From the human T2T-CHM13v2.0 reference genome, Homo sapiens, in NCBI RefSeq assembly GCF_009914755.1, contig NC_060938.1: a stretch of DNA of 64,000 nucleotides, one strand, 5' to 3'. The notes under the pieces were generated by a model. It did not search any database, was not told the origin of the DNA, and saw only the letters and a program-made list of their open reading frames with translations. The translations under genes and the position numbers were made by a program. This document shows positions 31,123-47,210 of this stretch, piece by piece (the stretch's first letter is position 1; the number at the start of each line of letters is the position of its first letter).

Positions 31123-34100
31123 TAAGTTCTAACATCAAAGAACTAAAAAACTATCAACAAAAAAATTTTTTTACCTCAGAATAGTCTCCTCTAAGTTAAG
31201 CCTGAGTTAGATTCTAAATAGGGCAAATGTTCTAAGTCAGCGGTTGCCACCCAAAATGCTATCTATGCATATAAATGGTCAGTGACTTATTTATTCACTT
31301 ACTATGTATTTATGGAATTTAAAGTGCAGTTCCCTTGGACTTACGTGTCTAACGAGGAAGAAAGGCTTCATTCTGGGACCTTCAGGGTAGCCTGGCTTGC
31401 ACACTGGATCTAGGTTCACGGGTCATGAAAACTACAGTGGCTTTCTTCCCTCCCAAGCCTCCAGCTACTCCCAATCTGAGCAAATGGCCCCCAGATGGAT
31501 TCTATGTTCTGAGTCCGTCCCCAGGACAGAGGGAGGTCCAGTTTGAGCTTTATTACAAATCCTGTAGGTCGGCTTTAGATTATAGACATGGCTTCCTCAG
31601 GCAAGGCTGCCCACTTGAGGGAAACAATTTTGTTGGCTGGCTGGGTGGTTGGTGTAGGGCTCACATTTGGGAGTTCACTCCTTTCTCTCCCTTTGTCTGA
31701 AACGATCAGCACCTTGTTGTGCCTGTTCACTAGCAGTACTCGGCACACAATCGTTTGTTGTGCTGACTCTCCAGTTGCTCGCAATGTGAGGTGGATTTGT
31801 TCTACTTCTTCCTTGTGTATTCTTGGTGAAGGCCGATAATTTGCTACTTAGTTAACAGACATGTTATAGGGCTGGAGCCTGAGATAAGGTCAGGAGGAGA
31901 AACATCCCGCTTAGCTTGACAAAGAGCTTGGTTTAAGGCTGGAGAGCTGACTGTGCAATTGTCTGAGCTGCTTTTCTTGGAAATGGCTCTCTTGGCTGAG
32001 CTCCAGAAATATAATCAAAAGTGGCCTGAAATCACAAGTTTTGCTGCTTGCATTCTTAGTTTCACAATTTAAGGATTTGGCTGGTGCCTGTCCTGAAAGT
32101 GTGGAATTGTCTACTGTTTGCTACACATGACGTTGAGTGAGTGTGTGTCTATGTGTGTACACACACATGCATGTGCAGGACACAGGGATTGTCTGCGTGG
32201 GCATGTTTTACAGTCCAGCTGTTTGTACCTTCAGGGAGGCAGTGATTAAAGAGCAGTGTATGGCAGGTTTTCTTTGATTTCAAGAATCACATATTTGGTT
32301 TTGTAGTTAGTGTCTTTGGAGAAGAGTGATGGAGACTCTTGCATAGAAGTGCAACTGATTGCTTAGGTGCAGTGGTTTTGCCTTTCTTAAGAACTCCGCC
32401 TCAAAAATATGGAGATAATTTACTTAGAAGAAGGCAATGTGCCGCTTTTTGGAGAAGCAGGTGTACCTGACCTTGCCCTGGGGGAAGTGAAGACCTGAGT
32501 TTGAGGAAGTCAAGCTTGAGGCTGTCAGAAGCAGTTATTTATATCTGAGTGATGTGTATGAAAGCCAAAGCCTTTCATTCCACCACCGTCACGGAACTAG
32601 TTTAGAGAAGAGGAAGGGCGTGCATTTTGCCTTGTTAAATATCTACTGCACTAAGAACTTCTGGTGTGGTTCAGATTTCTGGTAATCTGTACCCAGGCTC
32701 TATTGTCTAAAAAGGAGTGCTTAGACACTCTTCTTTCAACCTACTTTGTGGATAAAACAGCTCACTTCCAGTTGATTGATAGACTGTCAACTGATTGTTG
32801 CTTCCTTTCACCAGATGCCCCTCGTGTGGGCAGCCTCGTGTGTGTGTGGTGGTGGGGGTTGTGGTAGGGACCTTGCAATATCTCTAAGCTCAAAATAAGG
32901 ACATTGGACTCTAAAAACTACCAAAAACCATACATCGGAAACTCTTGGGTTCATCATGATAATAAATGAAGTCTCACATAACTAGCTTTCATTTTTATGC
33001 CTCTTGAGTTCTCAGGTTTCCCCACCCCCCCCCACCAGGCTCTTTTGATTATGGGAAATGAGTGTGTTTTGGGACAAACATGTCAGGATTATGAGGGAGA
33101 AACTTGGCAGGGGAGCAAACTGTGCAATATGCTTGACAAGACTTGAGAAACAATACATCTCAGATTTTTTCAGATAGTTCTCAATTTCTGGTTCAGAAAT
33201 ATGGCCCAGAAGCTACAGAAAGGGAAGCACCACTGCAGCTCCACGGAGGGTCACTGCCTCTTAGACTTCACTAAGGAGCCAACAGGGGCCATTTATGCCC
33301 AGAAAGCTGAGGTGTCTGCAGGAGGGGAACTTACTCCTGCTTCCACCAGGAGTACATGGAAATTGAAAAGAGAGAATTTATGTTTTTTTGCCTTAAATGA
33401 GAAAAACAGAAGGTAGATCTCCCAAGGCAGAACATCTGTAATGATAGAGCAGTAAGGAATATGAGGAGGGAAACATGAGCATGTTTGCATAAACATTTAG
33501 ATTTTTCTGGGCTTGCCCAATCCCAGTCTTTTGGAGTCTGTCTTTTATGAGGGCAACCGTGGTTTAAGAGTGAGCAAATGTTAGTTCATGTAATTAAAAC
33601 CCGTTGAATTGAACAGGAAACATTCACGGGAAATCTGCAGGTGTCTGCAAGCAAGAGTGACGCTAGAAGGATCTTAGTATGCCAGCTCCCTCTTCCTCAA
33701 GGGTAGTGTCCCTGGAATGAAGCCACCAGCAACAGGAGAGGAAACAGATGGGGTTGTAGAAAGTAGGAGCAGCAAAAGCTTCTGAACTTAGTAATAAGCT
33801 GCTTGCCCCGGGGTGAGTATAAAAGGCATCTGGGGTATTTGCTTTTTTGTTTATTGGAGGAAGAAAGGTGTCTCGCAACATTTCTCTCTCTCCCCTTCCT
33901 CTCTCTCTCAAATTTATTCAGGATATGAAATTTCTAAGGCTACTGCCATCTTAGGGTTTGAATCTCTTTTCAGCTTCATTCACACATATTAAAGAGAGAC
34001 AGTTCCAGTATGACTTAAGAAAGAAAAGCCAGGCTGATTTCCAAGATGCAGTGTTGTGCCACGGATGAGTTTTCTTCCTGGAGTGAGCTATTTGAGTTTC

Positions 34101-34372
34101 ATTTTTCTTACCACCTTTTAGCCTCTTCATTCCAAGGCCTGGACACTTCAGGCAGAGAAGCCCTCATCCTGGGTGTCGGGGTGGGAGGTGTTCTCATCAT
34201 GAATGGGAGGCGTACCCAGATCCAGCTCTGCCTTTTTTTAACCAAACCAGAGTGTAAACAAATGGCTGTGTGACTCACCATAATCGACATAGCAAGATAT
34301 GATACATGCCAGGAGAGAAAAAGAAAGTGCTGATGGAAAAATAATCTCATTAGGGAGATTTGTTTGTGGTGA

Positions 34373-34670
34373 TTTATTTTATTTTATGTTATTTTATTTT
34401 TTTGAGATGGAGTATCCCTCTGTCATCCAGGCTGGAGTGCAGTGGCGCGATTTCCACCTCCAAGATTCAAGTGATTCTCCAGCCTCTGCCTCCCAAGTAG
34501 CTGGGATTCTTGGAGCCCACCAACACACCTGGCCAAGTTTTGTATTTTCAGTAGAGATGAGGGTCTCATGATGTTGGCCAGGCTGGTCTCAAACTCCTGA
34601 CCTCAAGTGATCTGCCTGCCTTGACCTCCCTAAGTGCTGGGATTACAGGAGTGAGCCACCACGCCTGGTC
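34373..34670 (-). mobile_element. AluS with small internal deletion
   Basis: TSD TGTGGTGA. Confidence 0.95.
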
Positions 34671-34867
34671 TGTGGTGACATTTGAAATGAATCTGAAAAA
34701 TGAGTAGAACATTAACAGATGGAAAAGACCGTCACTGTATTATTACAGTATTAATGCTCAGTAATATCTGTATCTAACAATACCATGGAGCTTTTGTGGG
34801 GCCTGGTCTTAGAATATGCTTTTGCTGGCAGGTGCACCTCGATTATCCTTTGGAGACCACCTTACTC

Positions 34868-35151
<284 letters not shown>

Positions 35152-35199
35152 TGAGGCATGCAACCCAGACTGGCCAATAAAAGAACCACATGTCCTTAG

Positions 35200-35548
<349 letters not shown>

Positions 35549-35750
35549 AAAAAAGGATTCCTCTTTCTGCTGGGGTTCCTAAGCTGGTGGGTTCCTGTTT
35601 GGGAGCTTTAAGGGGCCACTTTTGTTACCATGGAGGGAGAAACTGAGACATGAAAGGAAGATTCCTGAATCCTTCGTTTGAGCACCTGGAGCCAGTTATG
35701 CCTGAAACTCTATGCCTGGACATTTTAGTCACTCAAACCAATAAGTTTAC

Positions 35751-36330
<580 letters not shown>

Positions 36331-36949
36331 AATTTACTTTTTAAATATGTCATCTTGTGCTGTATTTGTGCTTTTCCCCTTGCAAACAAATAAACAAAAA
36401 AGTTCTAGTCAATACATAAATCTTTAGTGATCTGCTTAAACAAAGCTGTGGGAGCAAGAGGGTAGCAGATTCAGAGAGCAGTTTCCTAGCAAAAGTCTTT
36501 CTGCTGCTAACATCTTCCAGGTCAGCTTCCTAGGCCCCAGTGACTAAGACATTGGGACTTTATTCTTAACCTCCCTGGTCCAAGGCCTTTCACAGAGCTA
36601 GCTGACTTCTGTGTGCTGGATATTTTTCCATGAATCAGAAATGAAATATGCAACATTGTAGCCACAAAGCAATGAAAACAGCTCATTTGTCGTTTGTGTC
36701 CCTCCAAGCTTTGTTTTTTTCTGGGTCACACGTTATTAGTGAAGAGTCATAATGCTAATCCAGTTTGGATTTATTAACAGTTGAATAGACTATTGAGAAA
36801 AAACTTGTTAATCATCAGAAGCAAATTCATTGCAGAAGAATTACAGACAGAGTGGGACAAATGCCTTAAGCCAACTAATTTTCTGCCCCTTCAGGGAAAA
36901 CTCTTGGATATTGGAATTAAGTGTCACAACTGGAAATGTAAGAATGTAA

Positions 36950-37640
36950 TTGCTTTTATTGAATACTTACTATGTCCTTGATACTAAGGACAGTATTTGC
37001 CTACATTCTCTCTTAATTTCATCAACTCTGTGAAGTAGGTCCTAAACCCCGTTTTATAGGTGGTGAATGACGCAGACATTACCAGTTGCTACCCAATGTC
37101 CATTCTTTCCTTGTTCCTTACAGAGAGGCAACCCCAAGCAGTGACTGCTTCTAGCTCAAAGTTCAGGCTCTCTGGTGATTTCTGCGGCTGCTACTGCAGC
37201 TGTGGACAGCCATGTGATCTGATTCTGGCCAGTGAGACCTGAGTGGAAGTCTTCTGCAGATTTCTGGAAAAGTATTTCTTCTGGGATATGGGCACTGCCC
37301 CTTCTTCCTTGTTCCTTCCTTCTCCCTTTCTGGAATGTGGGTGTGAGGCTTGTGGCAGAGTAGCCATGCTGTGACCTTGAGGAAGCTATGAGGAGGAAAT
37401 CCACATTCTGAGGGTGGAGGAGCAGGAAGGTGGAAGGAACCTGGGATATTGCTGACATTGTAAAGCCACTATTCCTCCCTGGAAGGCCTACCTTCAAGAC
37501 TTGTTATGTGAAAGAAATAAGCCATTGTTTGGTTAACCTGGTGAGGCTGGGTTTCTGTTGCAGACAACTGAATGCAATCCCTAAGTGATACAGGGAAACT
37601 GAGCTGAAAGAGTTTAAGGGACTTGCTTGCATTTCCATAT
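36950..37640 (-). mobile_element. MIR split by MLT1
   Basis: CAACTCTGTGAAGTAGG..CCCGTTTTATAG, then GGAAACTGAG after the LTR. Confidence 0.7.
37068..37591 (+). mobile_element. MLT1 (I/J-like) LTR
   Basis: GCCATGTGATCTGATTCTGGCCAGTGAGA..GGAAGT; 3' TAAGTGATACA. Confidence 0.8.
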
Positions 37641-37659
37641 AAAGCGATGTCTCAAAGCT

Positions 37660-37990
37660 GGGTAAGACATGATTCCTACGCTTAAGGTGTTTACAGCCTA
37701 GTTTGGGAGTCCACTGCATAAAGAAACAATTATAATATAACATATTTAGTATAATGGTGGTGATTTGCATAGGGTATCATGGGTGCCTAGTAGAAAAAAA
37801 AAAGGAAACAAGACAAGAGCAGAATAAAAGTTAGCCAGGCAAAGAAGAGAGGTCAAAAAAAGAGATTATAGCTTGAAATAAAGGATGGAAGTGAGAAACA
37901 GCATGGCATACACAGAGGGCCACAAGCTGGTCTGAGTTGCTGGAGCATAAATTATAAAGTAGGCATTGGTGAGAAACACAGCTGGAGAGT
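37660..37990 (-). mobile_element. L2 fragment
   Basis: GAATAAAAGTTAGCCAGGCAAAG..GTGAGAAACAGCATGG..GCTGGAGCATA. Confidence 0.55.
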
Positions 37991-38537
37991 TGTTTCATTT
38001 AATTATTGCTGAATAATAAGCCACTTCCAAAACTTAGTGGCTTAGAACTATATTTTACCATTTCTCATAGTTCTGTAATCTGAGCTGAACTCAGCTGAGT
38101 GGTTCTTCTGTTCATGGAGTATCTGTTGGGGTTGGAATACCCAAGAAAACTTCTTCATTCCCATGTTTGATGCCTCCAGCTGGGATAACTGAAATAGCTG
38201 GCTGGCTGGCATCTCTCTCTCTCTGTCTCTTTTCATATAGCCTCTACATATGAATAGCTTGGGCTTCTTCATAGCATGGTGATCTCAGGGTAGTTGGACT
38301 TCTTACATGGTAGATGGCTCCAATTAAAAGGAAGAGGAAGTTACCAGTGCATTTAAGGTCTGGGCTCAGAGCTATCAGAACAGCACTTCCACTGCACTCT
38401 GTTGATCAAAGCAAGTCACAAAGCCTGCCCTGAGTCAAGGGAGAGGAAATGGCTTCTATTTCTCTAAAGGAGGAACAATATGCACACATAGGGAGAGATG
38501 AATCAACAGTGGCCATCTTTGGAGACTATCTACTGCA
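37991..38537 (-). mobile_element. MLT1 (G/H-like) LTR
   Basis: CCAAAACTTAGTGGCTTA..TCTCATAGTTCTG; CAAAGCAAGTCACAA; GGCCATCTTTGGAGAC. Confidence 0.8.
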
Positions 38538-39339
38538 GATTTTATAAGGGCGCAGATGAAGGACGCTCTTTTCTGCTTCAGGTAGGTTGACATGAACACC
38601 AGACCTAGGGCATTTACCTTGCTTCATATGTCGAATCTGAAAGGAGAAGTCCTCTCAGGCTGCCCTGACTCATCAGAGTAAAACAGAGTAGTGTGATTAG
38701 GCAGAGGTAGGGCTGCGGTGTGGCTTCTCTGCTGAACCCCCTCCAGTTTTCATATGGCATGGACTGGACTCAGAGGCTCCCATATGTCATGAGAGATGGT
38801 TGAGATAAGAGTTAGAGAGGCTACCTGGGGCCCTCAGTGGTGAAGGGAAGGCAAGCCCATAGTAAAGAATGGGCGGACCTCTCAGGCCAGATGCTGGATG
38901 GGAGATTGGCAGAAACCCTTCAGAGCCAGGGCCAAGGGAAGCTGAGCTATGGCTGAGTCTACCTGGGGAGATCACTGAACCCTGGCAAAGCTGAGAGATC
39001 AGACAAGAAGTTCCCAGCCACCCTGCAGCAGAGATTAGTGAGGATCTAGAGAACATAGTAAGGACTCCAGTGCCTCATGGCGGACTCCAGTGCACTGGCG
39101 GACTCCGGTGCTGCCTTTTGTCTCCCATAAGGTGACAAAAGACAATACCCATCCTAATGAAGGAATTACCCTGCCAACATCTTGGAGCACAGCAAGAGGA
39201 AGATGCAATGCCTTGAGAGACTGGGAATGCACCTGAAGTGATGGCTGCTTTTACTCTCTTCATAGCATTTCGTGGACTGCAGGAAAATTTATGCAGCAAG
39301 AGAGGCTCATAAGGAAGAATAGATACATTATAATGAAAT

Positions 39340-39565
39340 AAAGAAGCCATGTTACATACAATTACAAAGAAAGAATAGGAGTAATGACAAATTCAGGACT
39401 GCAGTTACCTCTATGGGAGAGGAGGGGGTGGGGGAGTCCACAGGGAGCTTCAACTGTCTTGCTAAGGCTTTATTTATAAAGTTAGGGAATGGGTACATGT
39501 GTGTTGTTATATTCTGTATGCCTTTTTGTGAGTTTTAAGTAGTTCATAATGTAACTTTTTAAAAG
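39340..39565 (+). mobile_element. L1ME-like 3' UTR fragment
   Basis: CAAATTCAGG..GTTACCTCT..GGGAGCTTCAACTG..GGGTACATG. Confidence 0.6.
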
Positions 39566-39589
39566 GCTACACTTCTGAATAGATCTGTG

Positions 39590-40165
39590 AGCCCCAATGC
39601 CAAGTTTAGGTCTTGAACAGATTGTATGGGAGTGGGGATATAGAAAGAAGCTTGAAACAGGACTCAGACCTACTTGTTAGAAAAATCAACCTGGCTGGAC
39701 TTGAGGAGGACAAGATAGAGTCAAGGGAGGCAGTGAGGGGGCTGCCACACCAATGCAGTGAGAGGGGACAGTGGCCTGATCTCCCCAGAGGTGGTTGGGG
39801 TGGCTTAGAAAGTCAAATTGGTGGACTTAGTGATGAATAAAATGTGGGGTGGTGTGGGCAAGGTTTGTGGTTGACTGGACGGATGAGTCCCCTACCTCCA
39901 ATTGACTAAGGTAAGAGAATACACCCAAGTGGAGGGTGTATTTTGGTGCAGACATGAAGAGGTCATTTAGGACAGGTTGGTTTGGAGGTATCTGTGGGAC
40001 ATGCTGGTAGAGATGCCTGGACGGAGGGTGGATGCATGGGTCTGAACTCCAGGGAAGAGATCTTGGAGACCCCAGCACTGATGCAAATTGAATTTCTAGA
40101 AGTGGGTGAGGTGCTCCAAGAGAGAGCAAGTAGGGGGCCAGAAATGAAGATTCAGGGAAGTCTGG
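39590..40165 (-). mobile_element. L2 fragment
   Basis: GGACAGGTTGGTTTGGAGGTATCTGTGGGACAT..TCTGAACTCCAGGGAAGAG. Confidence 0.65.
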
Positions 40166-41995
40166 GGCACAGCACCCCCTTGGCCTGAGCAAGGGGAGCC
40201 TACAGCCATTCCAGCTCTTCAGACACCCCTTTGCCATCCTCTCTGGAGCTCCAACTTTGGTAAGCAGAAGAACTACCACCCACCATCACTCCCTCTGGCC
40301 TGCCTCTGTGGGGAGCAATGCATTCCCTGGGCTCCTCCCTCCCTGCCCTTGTGCATTCTCTTCTCTATTTGCTGTCAAGGTTTGCCTGCCTGTGGGCTTG
40401 CTTTCCTTTCTCTCCAGAAACACTAAAAGGGGCAGAGAGACCGCCCACCATCCCCCACCACCCACCATAGGAGCATGAAACGATAGGAGCTGCTGAGGTG
40501 CAGCCTGGAGACCCCTTGGGTGCCTTGGCATCTGTCCGCTTCCTCAGCCGCTGGGTGCTCAGCCCCCTGCTAGCCCCAGGCCTTTCAGAGCTGATGGCCT
40601 TGTTCCGCTTGTTCTCCAGACACGGTTTAGGTAATGCACATTCTTGTGACCCTGCCACAGTGTCTTAGACTTGAACTTCTGAACACTGGGCTCTGTGGAA
40701 ACCTCTCAGCCCTGAGTAGCTGGCACTTTATTGGTGTTTCTCTCCCCTCTTTTGAAGAAGGGATATAATGCTTTCCTTTTTGCAGGATGGGTTTTTTGCC
40801 AATAACAGGAACATGCAGAGGCTGCTCAGAGCAGTTTTGGTTGGTAGTGAAGTTGGAGGATGTGGAGGTGAGGGGGATTGCAGCCTGGCCAGCCCATTTG
40901 CATGGGTCCTCACCTCCTTTTTGGTGTTATTGTTGTTGTAATAAATGCAAGACAGCGTTAGTCTTTGTTGACAACTTGGGTATCCTCTATCCTCTCTTCC
41001 ACCCAGACCCTGTCTCCTTGAACTGGAAATCTCTCTTTTTCTTAAAATTTGGATTCTCATGTGAAGTTTAGAATCTGAATTAGACAGAGGCTGCTCTGAG
41101 CTCTAGGACAAAAAAAGGGGGAGGTTTCCTGCCCTAATTTGGAATTAAGGGAATTTGGGAAAAGCCAAAGCAACAATGTTGTTTCAGAAATATCAATCTC
41201 TCAAAGCATTTCTCCAGAATTGAAATATATTTCAATTATGGAATGAAAATGTATCCATGGGAATGATAGAGGGTTTGGTTTGCCTAAAAATAACTCTGTA
41301 GTCAAGGTTAATACAGCTATGTAATAAGTTAATCAAGAAAGGAAAGTTTTCATATAGAAAGCACTTTAAGGAATTACTCCAAACTGTCATAGCATCTACT
41401 CTGAGATTTTCCAGTTGCTTTCAGGGTGATTTACTTACCAGCACTTTGGAACTTACTAGTATAAACTGTAGCCTTCTGGTATAAAATTTATACCAAAAAG
41501 AACAGCTGTGTACAAAGAGGCAATCTGCATTCTCATGATGTACCATTCCACCTGATAACTGGGCTTTCATTGGTTCATTCCTCTGCCTCCAGCCCTTGAA
41601 CATGAGCCAACTCAGATAGCAGGGCAGCCATTCCCTTCCCAGGACTCCTCTGGAAACCTGCTCACTGCTTTGTTTTGGTTGCCTTATCTTGAGCATCTGA
41701 TGTTTCTTGATGTACCTTCTAGCTCTGATAACCACCCCTATGATGTCCCCATGGCCACCATGCTTACTCTGGGATTGCCCTTCTGGGATGGTAACCCTGC
41801 CCAAGGCCCTCCTTCTGTCCTTATTCTGAGCCAGGTGTTAATAGCCAGCCAATGGGATCAATAAGCTGGGGAAGGAGGGTGTTATGGGAGTCTGGGAGTT
41901 GCATTTTCTAGCTAACATATTTGCATTTTAGTAGGGGTCTCCTGGGGCAGGGAATGTTAATTTCAAGAGAATTCCAGGCACTGAAACAAGCTGGG

Positions 41996-42140
41996 GTGTG
42001 TGTGTGTGTGCGTGCACGCGTGTGTGTGTGGTGTGCGTGATGGAAGAGGAATAGAATAAGAAGGAGGCCAAGGAAGAGGAAGAGGAGGAGAAGGAAGAAG
42101 AGAAGGAGGATGACGAAGGGGAAAGGGAAGAGGAAGAAGA
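41996..42140. repeat. (TG/CG)n tract followed by GA-rich purine tract
   Basis: Seen directly. Confidence 0.9.
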
Positions 42141-42439
42141 TAGTGGCCACCATCTATCAATTCAGCAAAAAGAACATAGAGAACACCCATTGTTCCTTCC
42201 ATTCAGAGATGACCACTGCTAATACCTTGTATATATCCTCCCAAGCACCTAGTGTCATAGATATAAATGAACTTCCTTATCTCTAGCAGTCAAATTGAGA
42301 CAATTTTATAAACTTAAAAGAAAACTGCACACAATTTCTGTATGTACCATTTAGTAACACTTACATTCCTTGTTCCAGTAGCCCCACTTCTAGGAATCTA
42401 TCCTAAGGAGAAATATAGATTAATAAAAACAACCTTAGC

Positions 42440-42620
42440 CATCATGTACTGAAGGTTGATTGTGTACCAAGGGTCTTACACACATTGGCTCATTTAATTC
42501 TTACACCAACTCTACCAAGCAGATAACATCATCTCTCACCTGAGACTGGAGAAGTTAAGGACCTTCTCCAGGGACCTTAGCAGGGACCTCTGCTAGCAGG
42601 TTAGTCTGGAACTGGAACTC
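42440..42620 (-). mobile_element. MIR
   Basis: CTCATTTAATTCTTACACCAACTCT..GAGAAGTTAAG. Confidence 0.6.
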
Positions 42621-42859
42621 TGTGCAGCAGGTACCCCAGGATAAGGTATCATCCATCTGGACCGTCTCAGAAGTGAGTGTACCCCCTTGTCCCAAGTTTC
42701 CTGTCCTCTACATATGCTCTAAAGGCCCTGGGGTATGGGGAGGAATGTGACTCAAAGTCTTGCCCTCACATCCAGTGCTGAGCAGCAGCAGGTACAGTGC
42801 CTGCTGGGCCTCCCATCTGCTTAATTTCCCCTTCCATGAAGCCTTCCATCATCTGTTAG

Positions 42860-43346
<487 letters not shown>

Positions 43347-44292
43347 TAGCACACTCACGTGGGAGAGAAACTTCGCTGGCACACGTCTCCTCAGAGCAGG
43401 GACCTGGTCTCATTGCTCTTCATGTTTCCCACAGCTCTTAGCACCGTGACAACCAGCAGCCAGTGTCTGGTGAGTGTACAGAGGTATTTCCTAGGAAGAA
43501 AATGAGAGTAAGGAGAGTGTAAAGGTGGGGTTAAGAGTGTGGAACAACTGAAGAGGATATAATTTGAGAGAAGAGCGGTGAGATGGGAAACCTCAGGGTT
43601 GATCCACAGTGCCCACCCTTGGGGTTCCTTTGAGTGCTAGAATAGATATTCAGTCAATATCTCTTCCCCTCCTTTTCTCCGTAGACACATACTTTAGTCC
43701 CAGAATTTTTTTTTTTTGAAATCTAAACTTTCAATGACGAAATGAGTAATTGTGCATAAAGTGGGTCACAAGGAAGTGATAACGAATGCACAGACTATTT
43801 TAACTGCTGAATCAGAAATCGCTCTGCTACGTTATGAAATATGCAGGAAGGAAAATAAGCAGATGACAGAAGTGGAAGGAATCCTAAAATAATATTTTCA
43901 CAAACAAATTCTGACCCAACATAGGCTTGGGGGGCAGTGGGGGGAAGCTTCCATGCTACACATTCCTGAGAGTTGAAGAATTGGAACAAAATTGCCAAAG
44001 TAGAAATCTTTCTAAATGACGTAGGATCTCCTGAGGCACAAAGCCACCCAAACCCGCAGCCCGAAAGCCTTCTGTAATTTCATGGGGGGGTCTTAGTCAC
44101 CCCGCTACACGGCATGGGCAGGTTGGGATTAAAGAAAGCAAAGACAAAACAAAACCCACAAACAAAATTTACAAACTGTTCTATTTTTTCTTCCTAACAC
44201 AAACAAACAAAACCCACTTTTTTGGTTTCATTTGTTTCATAGATTTTTAAAAATTGTTGTAAAACATATGTAATATAAGTTACCATTTTAGC

Positions 44293-44915
<623 letters not shown>

Positions 44916-45144
44916 AGCCATTTTTAAGTGTACAATTCAGTGGCCTTAAGTACATTCACAATTCACTTAATATTGCCCAACTGTCACCATTATCTATTTC
45001 CAGGATTTTTGCATCATCCCAAACAGAAACTCTGTACCCAATAAGCAATAATTCCCTATTCTCTCATGCCTTATCTCCTGGTAACCACCATTCTACTTTC
45101 TGCCTCTATGAATTTGCCTGCTCTAGATACCTCACATAAATTGA

Positions 45145-45530
<386 letters not shown>

Positions 45531-46374
45531 TTTTTTTTTTTTTTCAGACCTATTTAGTATCCAAGTACCACACTTATTTCACTCAGCTGAAGTTTTTCAA
45601 GGTTTATTTATGTTGTAGCATGTATCAGAATTTTATTCCTTTTTATGGTTGAATCATATCCCATTGTATGTACATGCTGCATTTTGTGTGTCCACTCATC
45701 TGTTGGTGGATAGATTGTTTCCATCTTTGGCTATTGTGAATAATTCTGCTATGAACACCAATGTACAAGTATCTGTTTGAGTCCCTATTTTCAATTCTTT
45801 TGAGTATACACTTAGGAGTGGAATTGCTGAATCATATGGTAACTTTATGTTTATGTTCTGAGAAGCCACAGACTGTTTTCCATAGCGTCTGCACCATTTC
45901 ACATTCCCACCATCAATGCACAAGTATTCCGATACTTCTACATCCTCACTCACACTTGTTATTTTTCTTAAAAAAAAAAATAACAGACAACCTATTGGAT
46001 GTGAAATGATATCTCATTGTGGTTTTGATAGACTTGTAGGCAGAAATCATACTGAGGACACATATTACAGCTAATTCACATAGTTTAGGTTTTTCAACAA
46101 AAACTAGGAATCAGCATGTACTGAAGATATACTAAGGATGTTTATAATTTATCTTATTTTGCACACTATCTTCTTTTCTATCTTATTTTTGATGTGAAGA
46201 TCTAAACTGACCTCTTATATTCTCATTTTATGTATTAGTTAATTTTTCTTCTAGATACACATTTCAGTTTATCCAATGTTCTAAAAATGGTGTATAAGGC
46301 ATTCAAAAATTTTTAATCTGTGATGACAATTGTCATTACTTCTGGTATCCTATTGAAACAGCCTCCGAAGATGA

Positions 46375-46737
<363 letters not shown>

Positions 46738-46919
46738 TAGAACAAAAATGAGAAGAGAAGTTATTTCCTTGAGGTTGAGCTGTGGTCTTTTCTTAAGACA
46801 ATTATTATAGTCAAGTGACAGACCTGGTGTATTGAAATATTTTCTGTTAAATGTTACCTTTCTTTGAGTGCAACCAACACATTTGAAAAGAGAGACCTTT
46901 CATGAACACTTGGTCAGCA

Positions 46920-46978
46920 AATATATATATATATATAAATTAATTACACATATATATATTTCTATATATATATAGAAA
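46920..46978. repeat. (TA)n-rich tract with palindrome ATTTCTATATATATATAGAAAT
   Basis: Seen directly. Confidence 0.85.
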
Positions 46979-46989
46979 TGTGTGAGCAT

Positions 46990-47210
46990 GGAGAAATGTC
47001 TCCCAACAATATCCTTCTCAGGGATTTTTGTCTATGTATTACTGGCTGGGACTATAGCATATGGCCACCTCTCACTGCAAGGGAGGTTATGAAATGGAGT
47101 ATTTTTGCTCGGGCACATTGCTGCTCTAAATAAAACTGTGGTTCTGTTAGTAAGGAGGGACAAGCAAAGGATGGAGTTTCAGGAGAGCAAGGCAAAAACC
47201 CTGCCCAAGG
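46990..47210 (-). mobile_element. MLT1J-like fragment
   Basis: ATGGCCACC..CTGCAAGGGAGG..GGGCACATTGCTGC..GGTTCTGTTAGTAAGG. Confidence 0.7.

Noticed and set aside
33818-33825. TATA box TATAAAAG
   Set aside because: A single 8-mer is expected by chance in 64 kb, with no CpG island or other promoter support.
40601-40615. Direct-repeat steroid response element TGTTCC-GCT-TGTTCT
   Set aside because: Isolated degenerate motif with no supporting evidence.
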